64,000 bases of DNA from the NCBI GenBank assembly GCA_964022095.1, contig CAXHZO010000007.1:25527-89526 (forward strand), given 5' to 3'. Positions 48,318 through 59,462 of this stretch are shown one piece after another. Within the stretch, counting starts at the first letter, position 1. Each line of letters begins with the position of its first letter. Source of the stretch: an uncultured Arcobacteraceae bacterium (GTDB lineage Bacteria > Campylobacterota > Campylobacteria > Campylobacterales > Arcobacteraceae). The notes under the pieces were generated by a model. That model did not search any database. It was not told the DNA's origin and saw nothing but the letters and a program-made list of their open reading frames with translations. Both the position numbers and the translations under genes were made by a program.

Positions 48318-49516
48318 TTATTCAAAATCTCTTTTATTTTTTTATGTGCATCAATATTTGAACTTGTAGGTAAAGGATTCCCTTGGAAGTAAGATATTTT
48401 TCCATTTTCTACAAATAAGAATTTTGTAACAGGTCTGTCAAAATTACCCATTGTTACTTTAATTAATCCAGAGTTATTTCTATCTTCAATTGTATAAAGC
48501 TCTACAACGTGTACAAAATAGTTTTTCTCTACAATAGTATCAGTGATAACAGTTTTTAAACAATTATTAAAATCTATTTCAAAATCAAATGAGAAATCAT
48601 AATTTAAATTAATATCTTCATCTTCATTCCAAGCTTCTAATACTACATCATAGATATTTTTTCCCATTTTTTTCCATCTATCTTCATATTTACTTGAAAC
48701 TTCCAAATCTTTATTTATATCAATTGTTAATCTGCCTTTTGGAAGATTAGTTAATAAATCCATACAATAATCAAAATATTTTCTACTATCTGTTCTAAGC
48801 TCTAATGTTCCACCAACTTTTAAAACTCTAAGTGCTTCATTAATAAATTCATTTGAATATATTCTTCTATGGGGTCTTTTATCCCAAGGAACAGGGAAGT
48901 GTACAAAAATTTTACCAACCTTATTCGATTTGATAAATTCCATAAAAAGTCTTGCATCATAATTTACAACTAAAACATTTGTAATATTTTCTAATTCTAA
49001 ATGCTTAAGTAATTGTTCAATTGAAGGAGTATGAATCTCAAGGCCAATAAATTGCACATCAGGATTTTGTTTTGCTTGATATAAAAGATGTCTTCCACTA
49101 CCAAAACCTATCTCTATTTGTACTTCTTTATCTGTTTGAAAATCTTCAACAAAATAGTTGATATCTTTTAAGTATTTATGTTCAACATCGTTTTTAACAC
49201 CAGTTGTTATGTTAGTATTTGAAAATAAAATCTCACTTTTATTTGCAATTGCATACTTATTTATTGCATTTTTCATGATATCAACAGGAGTTACTCTTGT
49301 TGTTTTATCAGATTTTAGTAAATAGTCTTCATCTTTTTCTTTTAAACCTAACATGAATTGTCTATTTTCATTTGTATCAAGTACACCAATTTTATATTCT
49401 GTTTTTCTTGGTTTATCTGTAAAGTTATAAGATTTTGCAATAAAATTAAACTCAACACCATCTAAAGTTGATGGTGTTTTTAATAAATCTTCTCTTTTTA
49501 AAACTAAATGTGGCAT
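48314..49516 (-). CDS. trmB: tRNA m7G46 methyltransferase, long Campylobacterota form
   Basis: EIGFGSG, HFPVPWDK..HRR, LRTD, SKYE. Confidence 0.92.
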   Translation of the reverse strand: MPHLVLKREDLLKTPSTLDGVEFNFIAKSYNFTDKPRKTEYKIGVLDTNENRQFMLGLKEKDEDYLLKSDKTTRVTPVDIMKNAINKYAIANKSEILFSNTNITTGVKNDVEHKYLKDINYFVEDFQTDKEVQIEIGFGSGRHLLYQAKQNPDVQFIGLEIHTPSIEQLLKHLELENITNVLVVNYDARLFMEFIKSNKVGKIFVHFPVPWDKRPHRRIYSNEFINEALRVLKVGGTLELRTDSRKYFDYCMDLLTNLPKGRLTIDINKDLEVSSKYEDRWKKMGKNIYDVVLEAWNEDEDINLNYDFSFDFEIDFNNCLKTVITDTIVEKNYFVHVVELYTIEDRNNSGLIKVTMGNFDRPVTKFLFVENGKISYFQGNPLPTSSNIDAHKKIKEILNK

Positions 49517-49526
49517 TGCTTACTTT

Positions 49527-50813
49527 TTATTTTAAAGTTTGAGTTTTTGGTATTGTTAATAGTGCCTCTTCAGTCTTCTCTGAAATTAAACCATTAGGAT
49601 CATTTGCTTGAATAGAGTATTGGTACTCAACTCCACTGATAATATCAGTGTCTTCAAATCTTAAACCTTTAATATCAGTATATTTTACTGTTTTATACTC
49701 TAAGAAGTTTATTTTAATTTTTTTATAAACATTGTATGAAATAGCTCTATTATCTCCTGGAGTCCAGTTTAAAATAGCTTTATTCCCTTGAATTTGAGCA
49801 AGTGTAATTACTGGTTTTGCAGGTTTACCTAAAGTTTTACCTTCTTCTGCATCTACTTTCATATTACTAAATAAACCATCTTTATCAACTGCATAAACTT
49901 TGTAGTAATACTTTTTATTATCATCATTAACTTTATCTGTGATACTTAATGTATCAGCTTTAACTTCATGCTCTTTACTAAATCCTAAAGTTTTAAAAGG
50001 ACTTCTATAAATTGCATATTTAACTACATCTTCTGTAGGTGAAGCATTCCAAGTAACTTCAATCTTTTTTGCATAATTATCACTAGCATTTACACTATTT
50101 GGACCTATAGGTAAGGCTTTTGTTTTTCCAATAACTGATTTTGATGGTTCAGATGGAACATCATTAAAATCATAAGCAATAACTCTGTATTTTCCACTTT
50201 CACTGTTGTCTAATCCATCATCTATATATTCTACTTGAAGTCTTCCTTCAACTTTTGCTAAATTATCCCATTCATTCGTTTTTAAATTAAATTTTTGAAT
50301 TTGATAATATTCAACTGTTTTATCTTGGTGTGGTCTCCAAAGAACTTTGATTCTATTTGGTAACTCTGAAACTGCTTGAGTAAAACTAACAGCAGTAAGT
50401 CTTGGTAATGTTTGTACTAAGTAAGCATCTGTAGTATTTGATTCAACACCTTCTTTAGTTCTTGATGAAATTTGATAAATATATTTTGTATTTGGTTCTA
50501 GTCCCGAATCAACATAATGAGTAGCATATCTGTTTTTTAATGATTTAACTAATTTTAAAGTTCTTCCATCTTTAAGTACATCAGATCTATAAAAGTTATA
50601 ACCTATAACTCTAGGGTCTTCAACTTTTTGCCATTCAAAAGCAATAGCTGTGATGTCTGAAATAGATTTAATAGAATCTTTCTTAATCATTTCAAGTGAT
50701 GTATCAATTTTAGGTTTTACAGTAGGTGTATTTAAATTATTATTTAAATTATTACATCCACTAAATAAAATCATTAAAGTTGCTAATGATGCTGTTTTCA
50801 TCAATGTTGTCAT
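49527..50813 (-). CDS. Fibronectin type III repeat lipoprotein (FlpA-like)
   Basis: Lipobox FSGC, four FN3-like repeats; same position between rluD and trmB as C. jejuni flpA. Confidence 0.85.
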   Translation of the reverse strand: MTTLMKTASLATLMILFSGCNNLNNNLNTPTVKPKIDTSLEMIKKDSIKSISDITAIAFEWQKVEDPRVIGYNFYRSDVLKDGRTLKLVKSLKNRYATHYVDSGLEPNTKYIYQISSRTKEGVESNTTDAYLVQTLPRLTAVSFTQAVSELPNRIKVLWRPHQDKTVEYYQIQKFNLKTNEWDNLAKVEGRLQVEYIDDGLDNSESGKYRVIAYDFNDVPSEPSKSVIGKTKALPIGPNSVNASDNYAKKIEVTWNASPTEDVVKYAIYRSPFKTLGFSKEHEVKADTLSITDKVNDDNKKYYYKVYAVDKDGLFSNMKVDAEEGKTLGKPAKPVITLAQIQGNKAILNWTPGDNRAISYNVYKKIKINFLEYKTVKYTDIKGLRFEDTDIISGVEYQYSIQANDPNGLISEKTEEALLTIPKTQTLK

Positions 50814-51747
50814 TCATGTTCTCCATATTAAAATTTTCATTTAGAAATTTACTTATATCTTCAGGTAAGTCTGCTTTAAAACTCATTTCCTTTTTAGTTA
50901 TTGGATGAGTTAAATATAAATTATAAGCATGTAAATAAAATCTATTTATTTTATTAAAATTGCCCTTAAAACCATATAAAGTGTCCCCAAGTATATGCCT
51001 ATTTATCGAACTTAGGTGCACTCTTATTTGATGAGTTCGTCCAGTAAATAGTTTTGCTGCAATTAGTTCAAACTTTTCATTTTTGCTTTGCGTTATTTTT
51101 AGGAAAGCTGATTTAGCATTCCTACCATTTTGTTCAATTGACATTTTTAGTCTATTATTGGGATTTCTTCCAATAGGTTTATCAATAACACAATTGTCTT
51201 TTAGTGGTAAATCAATTATGGCAAGATAATATCTACCCATACTTTTCTCTTCTAATTGTTTTGCTAAGCCACTATGTGCTTCATTTGTTTTTGCTACAAC
51301 CATAACTCCACTAGTACCTTTATCAAGTCTATGAACTATTCCATGTCTCTCTTCACCACTAATTGTAGAAAGAGATATGTTTTTTAGTTTCAACCAATCA
51401 ACTAAAGTTGCATCTTTTACACTTGGTGCATCATGCACTGTTAAATTATAGGGTTTATTTAAAACCAAAATATAATCATCTTCATAAATGATTTTAATCT
51501 CTTTATCGCTCAAAGATTCTTTTATAAATTCTTCATCTTTTACTTTACTAATCTCAGCTTCAGGAAAATTCACATCAATTTTTTGATCGACTTTTAATTT
51601 AAATCCAGTTTTTGTAATATTTTTATCATCAACTTTTACAAAACCTTTTTTTATCAGTTGCTCTATTTGGTTCCTTGAGGCGTCTATTTTAGAGGCTAAA
51701 AATTTATCTAATCTATTTTCGCTCTCAACAATAAAATTTTTATTCAT
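50761..51747 (-). CDS. rluD: RluA/RluD-family pseudouridine synthase
   Basis: S4 domain RLDKFL, HRLDKGTSG, TGRTHQIRVH, LHA. Start set at ATG 51747 to avoid overlapping rodA. Confidence 0.88.
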   Translation of the reverse strand: MNKNFIVESENRLDKFLASKIDASRNQIEQLIKKGFVKVDDKNITKTGFKLKVDQKIDVNFPEAEISKVKDEEFIKESLSDKEIKIIYEDDYILVLNKPYNLTVHDAPSVKDATLVDWLKLKNISLSTISGEERHGIVHRLDKGTSGVMVVAKTNEAHSGLAKQLEEKSMGRYYLAIIDLPLKDNCVIDKPIGRNPNNRLKMSIEQNGRNAKSAFLKITQSKNEKFELIAAKLFTGRTHQIRVHLSSINRHILGDTLYGFKGNFNKINRFYLHAYNLYLTHPITKKEMSFKADLPEDISKFLNENFNMENMNDNIDENSIISNFNDFI

Positions 51748-51766
51748 ATTTGGGTACTCTTTCACT

Positions 51767-52873
51767 ATGCGTTTATTTGACAAAAGAATTTTATCTCATT
51801 TTGATTATCTGTTAATCATATTTGTTTTGCCATTAATATTTTTATCTTACCGTTTAGTAAGTGAAACAAATGAAATATTAGCGAATAAACAATTAATGTA
51901 TTTTAGTATTTCTATTTTTGCTTTTATGATAGTGTTTATTTTACCTATTAGAAGGAAATTAAGATTAATACCTATTTTATATTGGTTTGGGATATTTTTA
52001 CTACTAGCTGTTGAATTTTGGGGAGTTACTAAACTTGGAGCTAAAAGATGGCTACCACTTCCTATTTTAGGCACTACAATGCAGCCCTCAGAGTTAATCA
52101 AACCAGTTTATATATTAATGCTTGGTTATTTGATTTATAATAGACCTCCACCAAAAGAGGGATATGGAATTAAAGATTTTACATATTTTTCTTTTTATAT
52201 TTTATTACCATTTATTTTAATTGCAAAAGAACCTGATTTAGGTACAGCTTTAGTATTATTGTTAGTTGGTTATGGAATTTTATTTATTATTGGGGTTAAT
52301 TGGAAAATTTGGGCAAGTATTGTACTTGTTATATCTGTTTCTTCACCATTTATTTATACATATTTAATAAAAGATTACCAGAAAAAAAGAATAAAAGATT
52401 TTATATCAGAAAAACCAAGTTATCACGTTCAACAATCAATTATTGCAATTGGTTCTGGTGGACTTGTTGGAAAACAAAGTGAAGAAGCAACTCAAACACA
52501 ATTGAAGTTTTTACCTATTGCAACAAGTGATTTTATCTTTGCATATTTTGTAGAAAGATATGGTTTTTTAGGTGCAATTGGATTAATTATTCTTTATGGA
52601 TTAATTATCATGCATCTTCTTAGTTTGAACTATTATTTTAAAGATGATTACGTCATACGGGTTTTTGCCTCCGGATTAGCATTATTGATATTTTTTAATA
52701 TGAGTGTTAATATTTTGATGGTTATTGGTTTTGCACCAGTTGTTGGACTTCCATTGCCCTTGTTTTCATATGGAGGAAGTTCTTTTATAAACTTTATAGT
52801 TATATTTGCTATTTTGGAAAATCTTTTAGCTTTTAGGTATAAGGATTTATACAATTATGAAAGAAATTTATAA
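51767..52873 (+). CDS. rodA: SEDS peptidoglycan glycosyltransferase RodA
   Basis: GAKRW, QPSE, EPDLGT, TSDFIF, PLFSYGGSS. Confidence 0.9.
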   Translation: MRLFDKRILSHFDYLLIIFVLPLIFLSYRLVSETNEILANKQLMYFSISIFAFMIVFILPIRRKLRLIPILYWFGIFLLLAVEFWGVTKLGAKRWLPLPILGTTMQPSELIKPVYILMLGYLIYNRPPPKEGYGIKDFTYFSFYILLPFILIAKEPDLGTALVLLLVGYGILFIIGVNWKIWASIVLVISVSSPFIYTYLIKDYQKKRIKDFISEKPSYHVQQSIIAIGSGGLVGKQSEEATQTQLKFLPIATSDFIFAYFVERYGFLGAIGLIILYGLIIMHLLSLNYYFKDDYVIRVFASGLALLIFFNMSVNILMVIGFAPVVGLPLPLFSYGGSSFINFIVIFAILENLLAFRYKDLYNYERNL

Positions 52874-52885
52874 AATAAGGACGAG

Positions 52886-53569
52886 TTACAACTCTCCTTG
52901 TTGTCTTAAAATCTCTTTTAATATATCTAAATCATAAATACTTTCTCCACACGCTGTTTTATCTGTAATTATTGTTATTAGATTATTTTCATCTTTATTA
53001 ATATATTTATAGTTTAATATATAGTCTTTTTTTAATATCTCTAAAGTACTATCAGCCTCACACAAAGAGTTTTGTACTTGTTTTTTTAATTTTCTTTTTG
53101 CCCTTTGATCTAAAGAATCAAATCTTAGAAATTTATAAACATAAGATATTATTTTATCATTTTTATTTATATCAACTAGTTGTGTATTAGAATCAACTGT
53201 AATTGGTAGGTTTTCTTTGAAGTATTCTATCTCTTTATTGATTGAATAGTCTTCTAAATAATGACTTTCAAAGTTATCCATAAAAAAAGTAATATTAAAA
53301 AATAGATTTATTGTAATTGCAATTTTTGCTAGATATCCCCATATTTTAGAACCTTCAAATCTATTGGCACTTTTGAAAATAGCAATAAATATAAAAAATG
53401 TATAAACTAAAATTAGTGCAAAATATATTAGCGTTAAACTATTATCCAAGTTGAAGTTTGGAGTAATAAAATATTCAAGAATTAAAGTAACTAATATAAA
53501 CCAAACCCAAAAAGTTATTTTTAGAGGAATTTGCCCTTTTACTAATTTAAATAAATACTTTTTTATCAT
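52886..53569 (-). CDS. Hypothetical membrane protein
   Basis: Three N-terminal TM segments and a soluble domain (LPITVDSNT) with two Cys. Confidence 0.65.
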   Translation of the reverse strand: MIKKYLFKLVKGQIPLKITFWVWFILVTLILEYFITPNFNLDNSLTLIYFALILVYTFFIFIAIFKSANRFEGSKIWGYLAKIAITINLFFNITFFMDNFESHYLEDYSINKEIEYFKENLPITVDSNTQLVDINKNDKIISYVYKFLRFDSLDQRAKRKLKKQVQNSLCEADSTLEILKKDYILNYKYINKDENNLITIITDKTACGESIYDLDILKEILRQQGEL

Positions 53570-53581
53570 CTCAAATAGCCT

Positions 53582-54352
53582 TTAATATAATCTATAACTA
53601 ACATTAAATCTTAATTTTGTAGTTGTTTTAGGTCTTGGGTAATCTTTATATGCAATTTCAATTAATTCTAATGTATATTCATCAAAAACTTCATATCCAG
53701 AACTATCAATTATTTTTAATTTACTTATATTTCCATTTGGATGAAATAAAAACTCTACTATATTTGTACCAGATAGTCTCATCTTAGCCGCAATTCTAGG
53801 ATAACCAAGTCTATTTAACACTCTTTGTGTAATTACTTGAAAATTATTAATATTTTTTTCTAAATATGCTTTTTGAACTTTTGTAAAGTTTTCATATTCT
53901 CTGCCATAAAGCCTTTGTAATTTATTTAATATCTTCTTATCGACAGGATCTTTTTGTGCTAAAAAATCTTCTAAAGTTTTCTCTTGAACTGTAGGTTTAT
54001 TTTTAACTACTTGTTCTTTTAAAACTTTTTTTTGAAACTCTTTTGCTTCTTTTACAACTTTCTTTTTTCTTTTTTCTTGAAATTTTATATTTTTCTTTGC
54101 TTTAATATACTTTTTAGTGGGTTTTTTAACTGTCTTTTTAACTACTTTTTTAGGAGTAGGTTTTTTAGCTGGTTTCTTTACAATTTTTTTAGGTTCTGCT
54201 TTTTTTAATTTTACATATTTAATATCTGATTTTTTTACGTTTTTTTCTATGTTAGTTTCATTTTTTTTGATAATTTCTTCGTTTTTATAGTTGTTAAAAA
54301 GAAGTAAGTGCATTGATATTGAAATAATAAAAGCTAATATAATAAGTTTCAT
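53582..54352 (-). CDS. TonB-family protein
   Basis: TM anchor with SISMH, Lys/Pro-rich linker, TonB_C motif YPRIA..G..SSGYEVFD. Start set at ATG 54352. Confidence 0.8.
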   Translation of the reverse strand: MKLIILAFIISISMHLLLFNNYKNEEIIKKNETNIEKNVKKSDIKYVKLKKAEPKKIVKKPAKKPTPKKVVKKTVKKPTKKYIKAKKNIKFQEKRKKKVVKEAKEFQKKVLKEQVVKNKPTVQEKTLEDFLAQKDPVDKKILNKLQRLYGREYENFTKVQKAYLEKNINNFQVITQRVLNRLGYPRIAAKMRLSGTNIVEFLFHPNGNISKLKIIDSSGYEVFDEYTLELIEIAYKDYPRPKTTTKLRFNVSYRLY

Positions 54353-54405
54353 AACGGGATTATAGTACAATATCAATAATAAATGATTAATAGAGGATAT
54401 TTTTA

Positions 54406-55689
54406 ATGTTTGACAAGTCAATAAAAGCATATGAAGAAGCTTGTAATGTAATACCTGGAGGAGTTGACTCACCAGTTAGAGCTTTTAAAAGTGTTGGAGG
54501 AACTCCACCGTTTATTCAAAAAGGTGAGGGTGCTTATTTATACGATGTAGATGGAAATAAATACTTAGATTTTGTACAGTCTTGGGGACCATTAATTTTT
54601 GGTCATTGTGATAAAGATATTGAAGAAGCTGTAATAAAAACAGTAAAAAATGGTTTATCTTTTGGTGCACCAAGTGAACTTGAAACTCAATTAGCAACAG
54701 AAATTGTTGAGATGTATGATTATATTGATAAAGTTAGATTTGTAAGTTCAGGAACAGAGGCAACTATGAGTGCTATTAGATTAGCAAGAGGTGTAACAGG
54801 AAAAGATAACATTTTAAAATTTGAGGGTTGTTATCATGGTCATTCTGATTCTCTTTTAGTTCAAGCAGGTTCTGGTTTAGCTACATTTGGAACTCCAAGT
54901 TCTCCTGGAGTACCAGCTGATTTAACAAAACATACTTTACTTTGTGAATATAATAATATTGAAAACTTAGAAAAGTGTTTTGAGCAAAGTGATGATATTG
55001 CTTGTATTATAATTGAGCCAATCGCTGGTAATATGGGTTTTGTTCCTGGAAATGCTGAGTTTTTGAAAGCTTGTAGAGATTTATGTGATAAGCATGGTGC
55101 ATTACTAATTTTTGATGAAGTTATGACAGGATTTAGAACAAGTTTAACTGGTGCAAGTGGTTTATATGAAACAAATGCAGATATTATTACTTTTGGAAAA
55201 GTAATTGGTGCAGGTATGCCTGTTGGTGCTTTTGCTTCAAGTAAAGAGATAATGGGACACTTGTCTCCTGATGGTGCAGTTTATCAAGCAGGAACACTAA
55301 GTGGTAATCCAGTTGCAATGGCAGCAGGATTAGTGAGCTTAAGAAAAATAAAATCAACAGAAAATTTATATGAAGATTTAAATGCAAAAGCAGTTAAATT
55401 AGTAAATGGATTAAAAGAAGTAGCAACTAAAAACGGTGTAGGATTACAAGTTGATACAAGAGGAAGTATGTTTGGTTTCTTCTTTGCAGATAAGATGCCT
55501 ACAAACTTTAAAGAAGTTAGTTCATTATGTAATTTTGATAGATTTGCAACTTTCCATCATGAGATGATTAAAAGAGGTTTTTACTTTGCTTGTTCTCAAT
55601 ATGAAGCAGGGTTTATGTGTACTAAAATTACTGATGAAGATATTGAAGCTTGTGTTAATGCAGCCGATGAAATTATGAAGAACTTTTAA
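54406..55689 (+). CDS. hemL: Glutamate-1-semialdehyde 2,1-aminomutase
   Basis: [43 protein letters not shown]. Confidence 0.97.
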   Translation: MFDKSIKAYEEACNVIPGGVDSPVRAFKSVGGTPPFIQKGEGAYLYDVDGNKYLDFVQSWGPLIFGHCDKDIEEAVIKTVKNGLSFGAPSELETQLATEIVEMYDYIDKVRFVSSGTEATMSAIRLARGVTGKDNILKFEGCYHGHSDSLLVQAGSGLATFGTPSSPGVPADLTKHTLLCEYNNIENLEKCFEQSDDIACIIIEPIAGNMGFVPGNAEFLKACRDLCDKHGALLIFDEVMTGFRTSLTGASGLYETNADIITFGKVIGAGMPVGAFASSKEIMGHLSPDGAVYQAGTLSGNPVAMAAGLVSLRKIKSTENLYEDLNAKAVKLVNGLKEVATKNGVGLQVDTRGSMFGFFFADKMPTNFKEVSSLCNFDRFATFHHEMIKRGFYFACSQYEAGFMCTKITDEDIEACVNAADEIMKNF

Positions 55690-55700
55690 AAGGAAATAAA

Positions 55701-56018
55701 ATGCCAACATTAAAAAATGTAGAGTTAACAAAAAAAGCAAATATTTATTTTGATGGAAATGTTACATCAAGAAGTTTTATTGATGAAAATGGAGTATCAA
55801 AATCATTAGGTATTATGATGCCAGGTGAGTATACTTTTGGAACACAAAAAGCTGAACATATGGAAATTTTAGCTGGAAAAGTTGAAGTTTTAATTGCTTG
55901 TGGTGATAGTAATTGGGAAGAGATAAATGCAGGTGAATATTTTGAAGTTCCTTCAAATTGTAGTTTTGATATTAAAGTATTAGAAATTACAGATTACTGT
56001 TGTACATATATAGATTAA
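55701..56018 (+). CDS. ppnP: Pyrimidine/purine nucleoside phosphorylase (DUF1255)
   Basis: ANIYFDGNVTSR, GEYTFGT..E.MEI, DYCC.Y. Confidence 0.88.
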   Translation: MPTLKNVELTKKANIYFDGNVTSRSFIDENGVSKSLGIMMPGEYTFGTQKAEHMEILAGKVEVLIACGDSNWEEINAGEYFEVPSNCSFDIKVLEITDYCCTYID

Positions 56019-56028
56019 TTGGATATTT

Positions 56029-56334
56029 ATGGAAGAAGAAAATAAAAAACCAAAACACCAGGATAAAATTGTTGCTTTAGATAATTTATCTTTAGGTATA
56101 TCTATTGTTGCAGCTATTGTAATTGGATTTGGTGTTGGATATGGATTAAAAGTTCTTACAGGTTATACTTGGACTTTATGGATTGGTATTGCTTGGGGTA
56201 TTTTAGCAGCAGTTTTAAATGTTTATAAGGCTTATAAAAGAGCTCAAAAGCAGTATGAGGGTATGGAAAATGACCCTAGATATGCATATAGAGCTAAACA
56301 TGGTGACAAATCTTACGATGATGATGAAGATTAA
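56029..56334 (+). CDS. AtpZ/AtpI-family small membrane protein
   Basis: SLGISIVAAIVIG.G.GY and a second TM helix ending LNVYK. Confidence 0.75.
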   Translation: MEEENKKPKHQDKIVALDNLSLGISIVAAIVIGFGVGYGLKVLTGYTWTLWIGIAWGILAAVLNVYKAYKRAQKQYEGMENDPRYAYRAKHGDKSYDDDED

Positions 56335-56866
56335 TCAAGAAATTTTAAATTTTGCAAAGGTCTTTGTTGTTATTGATCTTTGCTTAATTGTTTATTCAAT
56401 TGTTTTTCAAGATACAAACTGGCTTATTAATACTCAAGTAGCCTTTATCTCATCATTATTTATAACTATTGCTTCTTTTTTATCATATAAAAGAAATATT
56501 CAAGGAAGATTATCAAATCTTGATTTATCAAAAACTCCACAAGGTGAAGATAGAGATAAAATAGATGAAATAGATGATCCTTATGATTTATATACTGAGT
56601 ATGAAGAAATTCCAGAAGAAGAGTTAACTACAGAAAAAATAAAAGAGATAATTCAAGATGAAAAATCAAAAGTAAAAAAGAATTCATTTAAAAATACACT
56701 TTTTTCAGCTGGTGGATTTTTATCTATTTATAGAGTTTTAGGTTATGGTTTCTTATTATTTGGGTTCTTTGCTTTAAATAATAATAAGATGTTAATTCCA
56801 ATAGCTTTTATTGTAGGTTTAGGAGTTGTTCCCCTTGGAACATTATTATCAAAGCTAAAAAAATAG
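56318..56866 (+). CDS. Conserved hypothetical membrane protein
   Basis: Four TM segments around an acidic loop (IDDPYDLY). Start is likely one of the ATGs at 56318-56324. Confidence 0.7.
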   Translation: MMMKINQEILNFAKVFVVIDLCLIVYSIVFQDTNWLINTQVAFISSLFITIASFLSYKRNIQGRLSNLDLSKTPQGEDRDKIDEIDDPYDLYTEYEEIPEEELTTEKIKEIIQDEKSKVKKNSFKNTLFSAGGFLSIYRVLGYGFLLFGFFALNNNKMLIPIAFIVGLGVVPLGTLLSKLKK

Positions 56867-56879
56867 CTTTGATATTTTA

Positions 56880-57560
56880 TTAAAGAATTAGTGGTAGATC
56901 AATTATAATCTTATTCTCTTCGCAAGTTAAGATTATAGAACTGTCATCTTTAGTATTTAAATTAGTTGTATTTATCTGTTCATCACTTGAAATTTCAACA
57001 CTAATTAAAGAGTATTTTTTACCCTCAATTTTTATATATTCACCAATTTTTAACATGATAGAACAAGTAATATTATGACAACTAGCAAAGCTTTCAAATA
57101 CTTGTCCTAAAGTTTTGATAAATAAACTAGCATCTAGTTTAAATTCTGGAATCGATGGATCATAGTTTTTTACATAATTTGCATTAGTTTTAATTTTACT
57201 AGTTGAAATAGCTAAATCAACTAATGTAAATATATTTGTTGTATTGATGTTTTTAATATTTAATTTATTCTCTTTTTTAACCATAGCACTTTTATATAAC
57301 TTCATATGAATCTCATCTTCATCTTGATACATTACAGTTACCGCATAGAATGTATAATTCTTTAAAGATAAATCAATGTATGAAGTATTCGCTCCAAAAG
57401 TTTTAGGTGCATATGTTAAAGCCAAGTCAAAAAGCTCTTTAGATTTTATTCTATTTAATAAAAACTGAGCTTCTGAGTTGGAAAAAGTTATTTTACCTGA
57501 AGAAGAAAAAGAGATAATTGGATTTAAATCTAATTCTACCCATTCTTCAAAAAAATTCAT
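56880..57560 (-). CDS. Hypothetical protein: PAS-like N-terminus plus degenerate HATPase-like C-terminus
   Basis: NPIISFSSSGKITFSNSEAQ PAS-like start, YDPSIP, terminal IDLPL; begins 3 nt after rpoD. Confidence 0.55.
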   Translation of the reverse strand: MNFFEEWVELDLNPIISFSSSGKITFSNSEAQFLLNRIKSKELFDLALTYAPKTFGANTSYIDLSLKNYTFYAVTVMYQDEDEIHMKLYKSAMVKKENKLNIKNINTTNIFTLVDLAISTSKIKTNANYVKNYDPSIPEFKLDASLFIKTLGQVFESFASCHNITCSIMLKIGEYIKIEGKKYSLISVEISSDEQINTTNLNTKDDSSIILTCEENKIIIDLPLIL

Positions 57561-57563
57561 ATT

Positions 57564-59420
57564 TTAACTCTCTACGTAATTCTTAAGGTTTTTACCTACT
57601 TTAGGGTGCTTTAATTTCTTAATAGCACTTGATTCAATTTGTCTTACTCTTTCTCTTGTAACTGTTAGTTCTTTACCAATTTCTTCTAAAGTTCTATCAG
57701 ATGCATCACTCATAAGACCAAATCTCATTCTAATAACGGCTTGTTCTCTTTCATTTAATTGAGCAAGAATTTGATCAATTTGACCTTGTAAATCTTCTTT
57801 CATTATATTATCAACTGGTGTTGGAGCTTTTTCATCTGGAACAAAGTCACCAAATTTACCATCTTCATCACTACCAATAGGAGCTTCAAGTGAAACAGGT
57901 TCTTTAGTAATCTTAATTACTTGTTTTACTTTATCAACAGGTAATCCAACTTCTTTTGCAATTTCATCTACATCTGGCTCTTTACCATTTTCTTGAATAC
58001 CTTTTCTAATGATTTTATTGATTCTGTTAATAGTTTCAATCATATGAATTGGAATTCTAATAGTTCTAGCTTGATCTGCAATCGCTCTTGAAATTGCTTG
58101 TCTAATCCACCATGTTGCATAAGTAGAGAATTTATAACCCTTCTTATACTCAAATTTATCAACAGCTTTCATAAGACCAATATTACCTTCTTGAATAAGG
58201 TCTAAGAATGGTAAACCTCTATTTGTGTATCTTTTTGCAATAGATACAACAAGTCTAAGGTTAGATTTTGCCATTCTTGTTTTAGATTGATCAGTAATTC
58301 TCTTACCTCTTTTAATCTGCTCTAAAACATCTTTTAACTCTTCTGGTTCTAAATCGAATCCATCTTTTGAAGCTTCAGCAGTTTGGAATAACTTTTTGAT
58401 TTCCATATATGTAGAAACCATAGTAGCTTCTGGAACCATAGATGTAATTTGTACCTTTGATAAATTTACAATATTATCTAAAATCTTTTGGTGATTTTTT
58501 AATAAAGTATCATTAAATAAAGGTAGTCTATACTCTAGTCTTTTTAATTCATGGTCAAATCCAGTATCAGATTTTAGGGCAGTTTCCATTGCTTTTACAA
58601 TTTCAGTAATAAGTTTTGACGTTGGTCCTAAATCTAATAATGCTTCTTTTAAAATTCTTTTTTTGAATGCAACTGCTAAATTATAAGTCATTTGATCTAA
58701 TTCAGCATCTGATTTTGCTTCTTCTTTCGATAAGAATTTAAGCCAATCTTTTTTTGCTTTTTCTAAAACTTTAAAAGCATCTACAATAGTTTGAGCTCTT
58801 TTGTCTAGTTTTTTATTTTTCTTAGCTGAACCATCATCATCTGAATCATCTTCAACTTCTTCTGTTTCAGTATCTGATGAACTATCATCATTATCTTCAT
58901 CGTCAAAGTTTCTAAATAGCTCTTTTACTTTTCTTTCTCTATTAACTAGAGGTTCTTTATATTCTAAAATAAAGTCAATTAAGTATGGAACATAACAAAT
59001 GGCATCAAGAATAATATCTTCACCCATTTCTATTTTTTTAGAGATTTCAATCTCTTCTTCTTTAGTAAGTAATGGAATTTGTCCCATTTCTCTTAAATAC
59101 ATTCTAACTGGTGAGTCAGATCTTGACCATTCTAATAACTCTTTGTTCTTTAGTAAGTCAAAAACATCATCTTCGTTTTCTATTAGTTTTTCTCTTTGCT
59201 CTCTTTTCTTTTTTGCTTCTTCAGCATTCATTCTTTTAGCTTGTTCTTGAGATGAAATCACAGTAACGCTGTTAAGTTGAATTAAAGCAATAAGTTTTTT
59301 TACTACAGATGCAGTAGGAGCTTTAGGAAAGATTTTTATAATTTTTTCATAAGTTAATACTGAGTCTTTATACTCTTTAACTAATGTTTCAATAGCTTTA
59401 TTTAAATCTTTTGCACTCAT
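57564..59420 (-). CDS. rpoD: RNA polymerase primary sigma factor
   Basis: [56 protein letters not shown]. Confidence 0.98.
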   Translation of the reverse strand: MSAKDLNKAIETLVKEYKDSVLTYEKIIKIFPKAPTASVVKKLIALIQLNSVTVISSQEQAKRMNAEEAKKKREQREKLIENEDDVFDLLKNKELLEWSRSDSPVRMYLREMGQIPLLTKEEEIEISKKIEMGEDIILDAICYVPYLIDFILEYKEPLVNRERKVKELFRNFDDEDNDDSSSDTETEEVEDDSDDDGSAKKNKKLDKRAQTIVDAFKVLEKAKKDWLKFLSKEEAKSDAELDQMTYNLAVAFKKRILKEALLDLGPTSKLITEIVKAMETALKSDTGFDHELKRLEYRLPLFNDTLLKNHQKILDNIVNLSKVQITSMVPEATMVSTYMEIKKLFQTAEASKDGFDLEPEELKDVLEQIKRGKRITDQSKTRMAKSNLRLVVSIAKRYTNRGLPFLDLIQEGNIGLMKAVDKFEYKKGYKFSTYATWWIRQAISRAIADQARTIRIPIHMIETINRINKIIRKGIQENGKEPDVDEIAKEVGLPVDKVKQVIKITKEPVSLEAPIGSDEDGKFGDFVPDEKAPTPVDNIMKEDLQGQIDQILAQLNEREQAVIRMRFGLMSDASDRTLEEIGKELTVTRERVRQIESSAIKKLKHPKVGKNLKNYVES

Positions 59421-59454
59421 TGACGGAATATCCTCATTTGTAAGATAGGTGTGG

Positions 59455-59462
59455 ATTATACC
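59455..59462 (-). promoter_or_regulatory. -10 element of rpoD (ggTATAAT)
   Basis: Plus-strand ATTATACC; GAGGA RBS lies between it and the ATG. Confidence 0.55.

Noticed and set aside
54353-54472. N-terminal extension of the TonB-like ORF (and similar extensions on rluD, livF, FkbM, HIT and the 56219 ORF)
   Set aside because: Most overlap neighbouring genes or promoters; downstream starts fit signal anchors, RBS or stop-start coupling better.
56029-56866. atpI-like gene away from an ATP synthase operon as a novelty
   Set aside because: Placement downstream of hemL is, to my knowledge, the ordinary arrangement in Campylobacterota.
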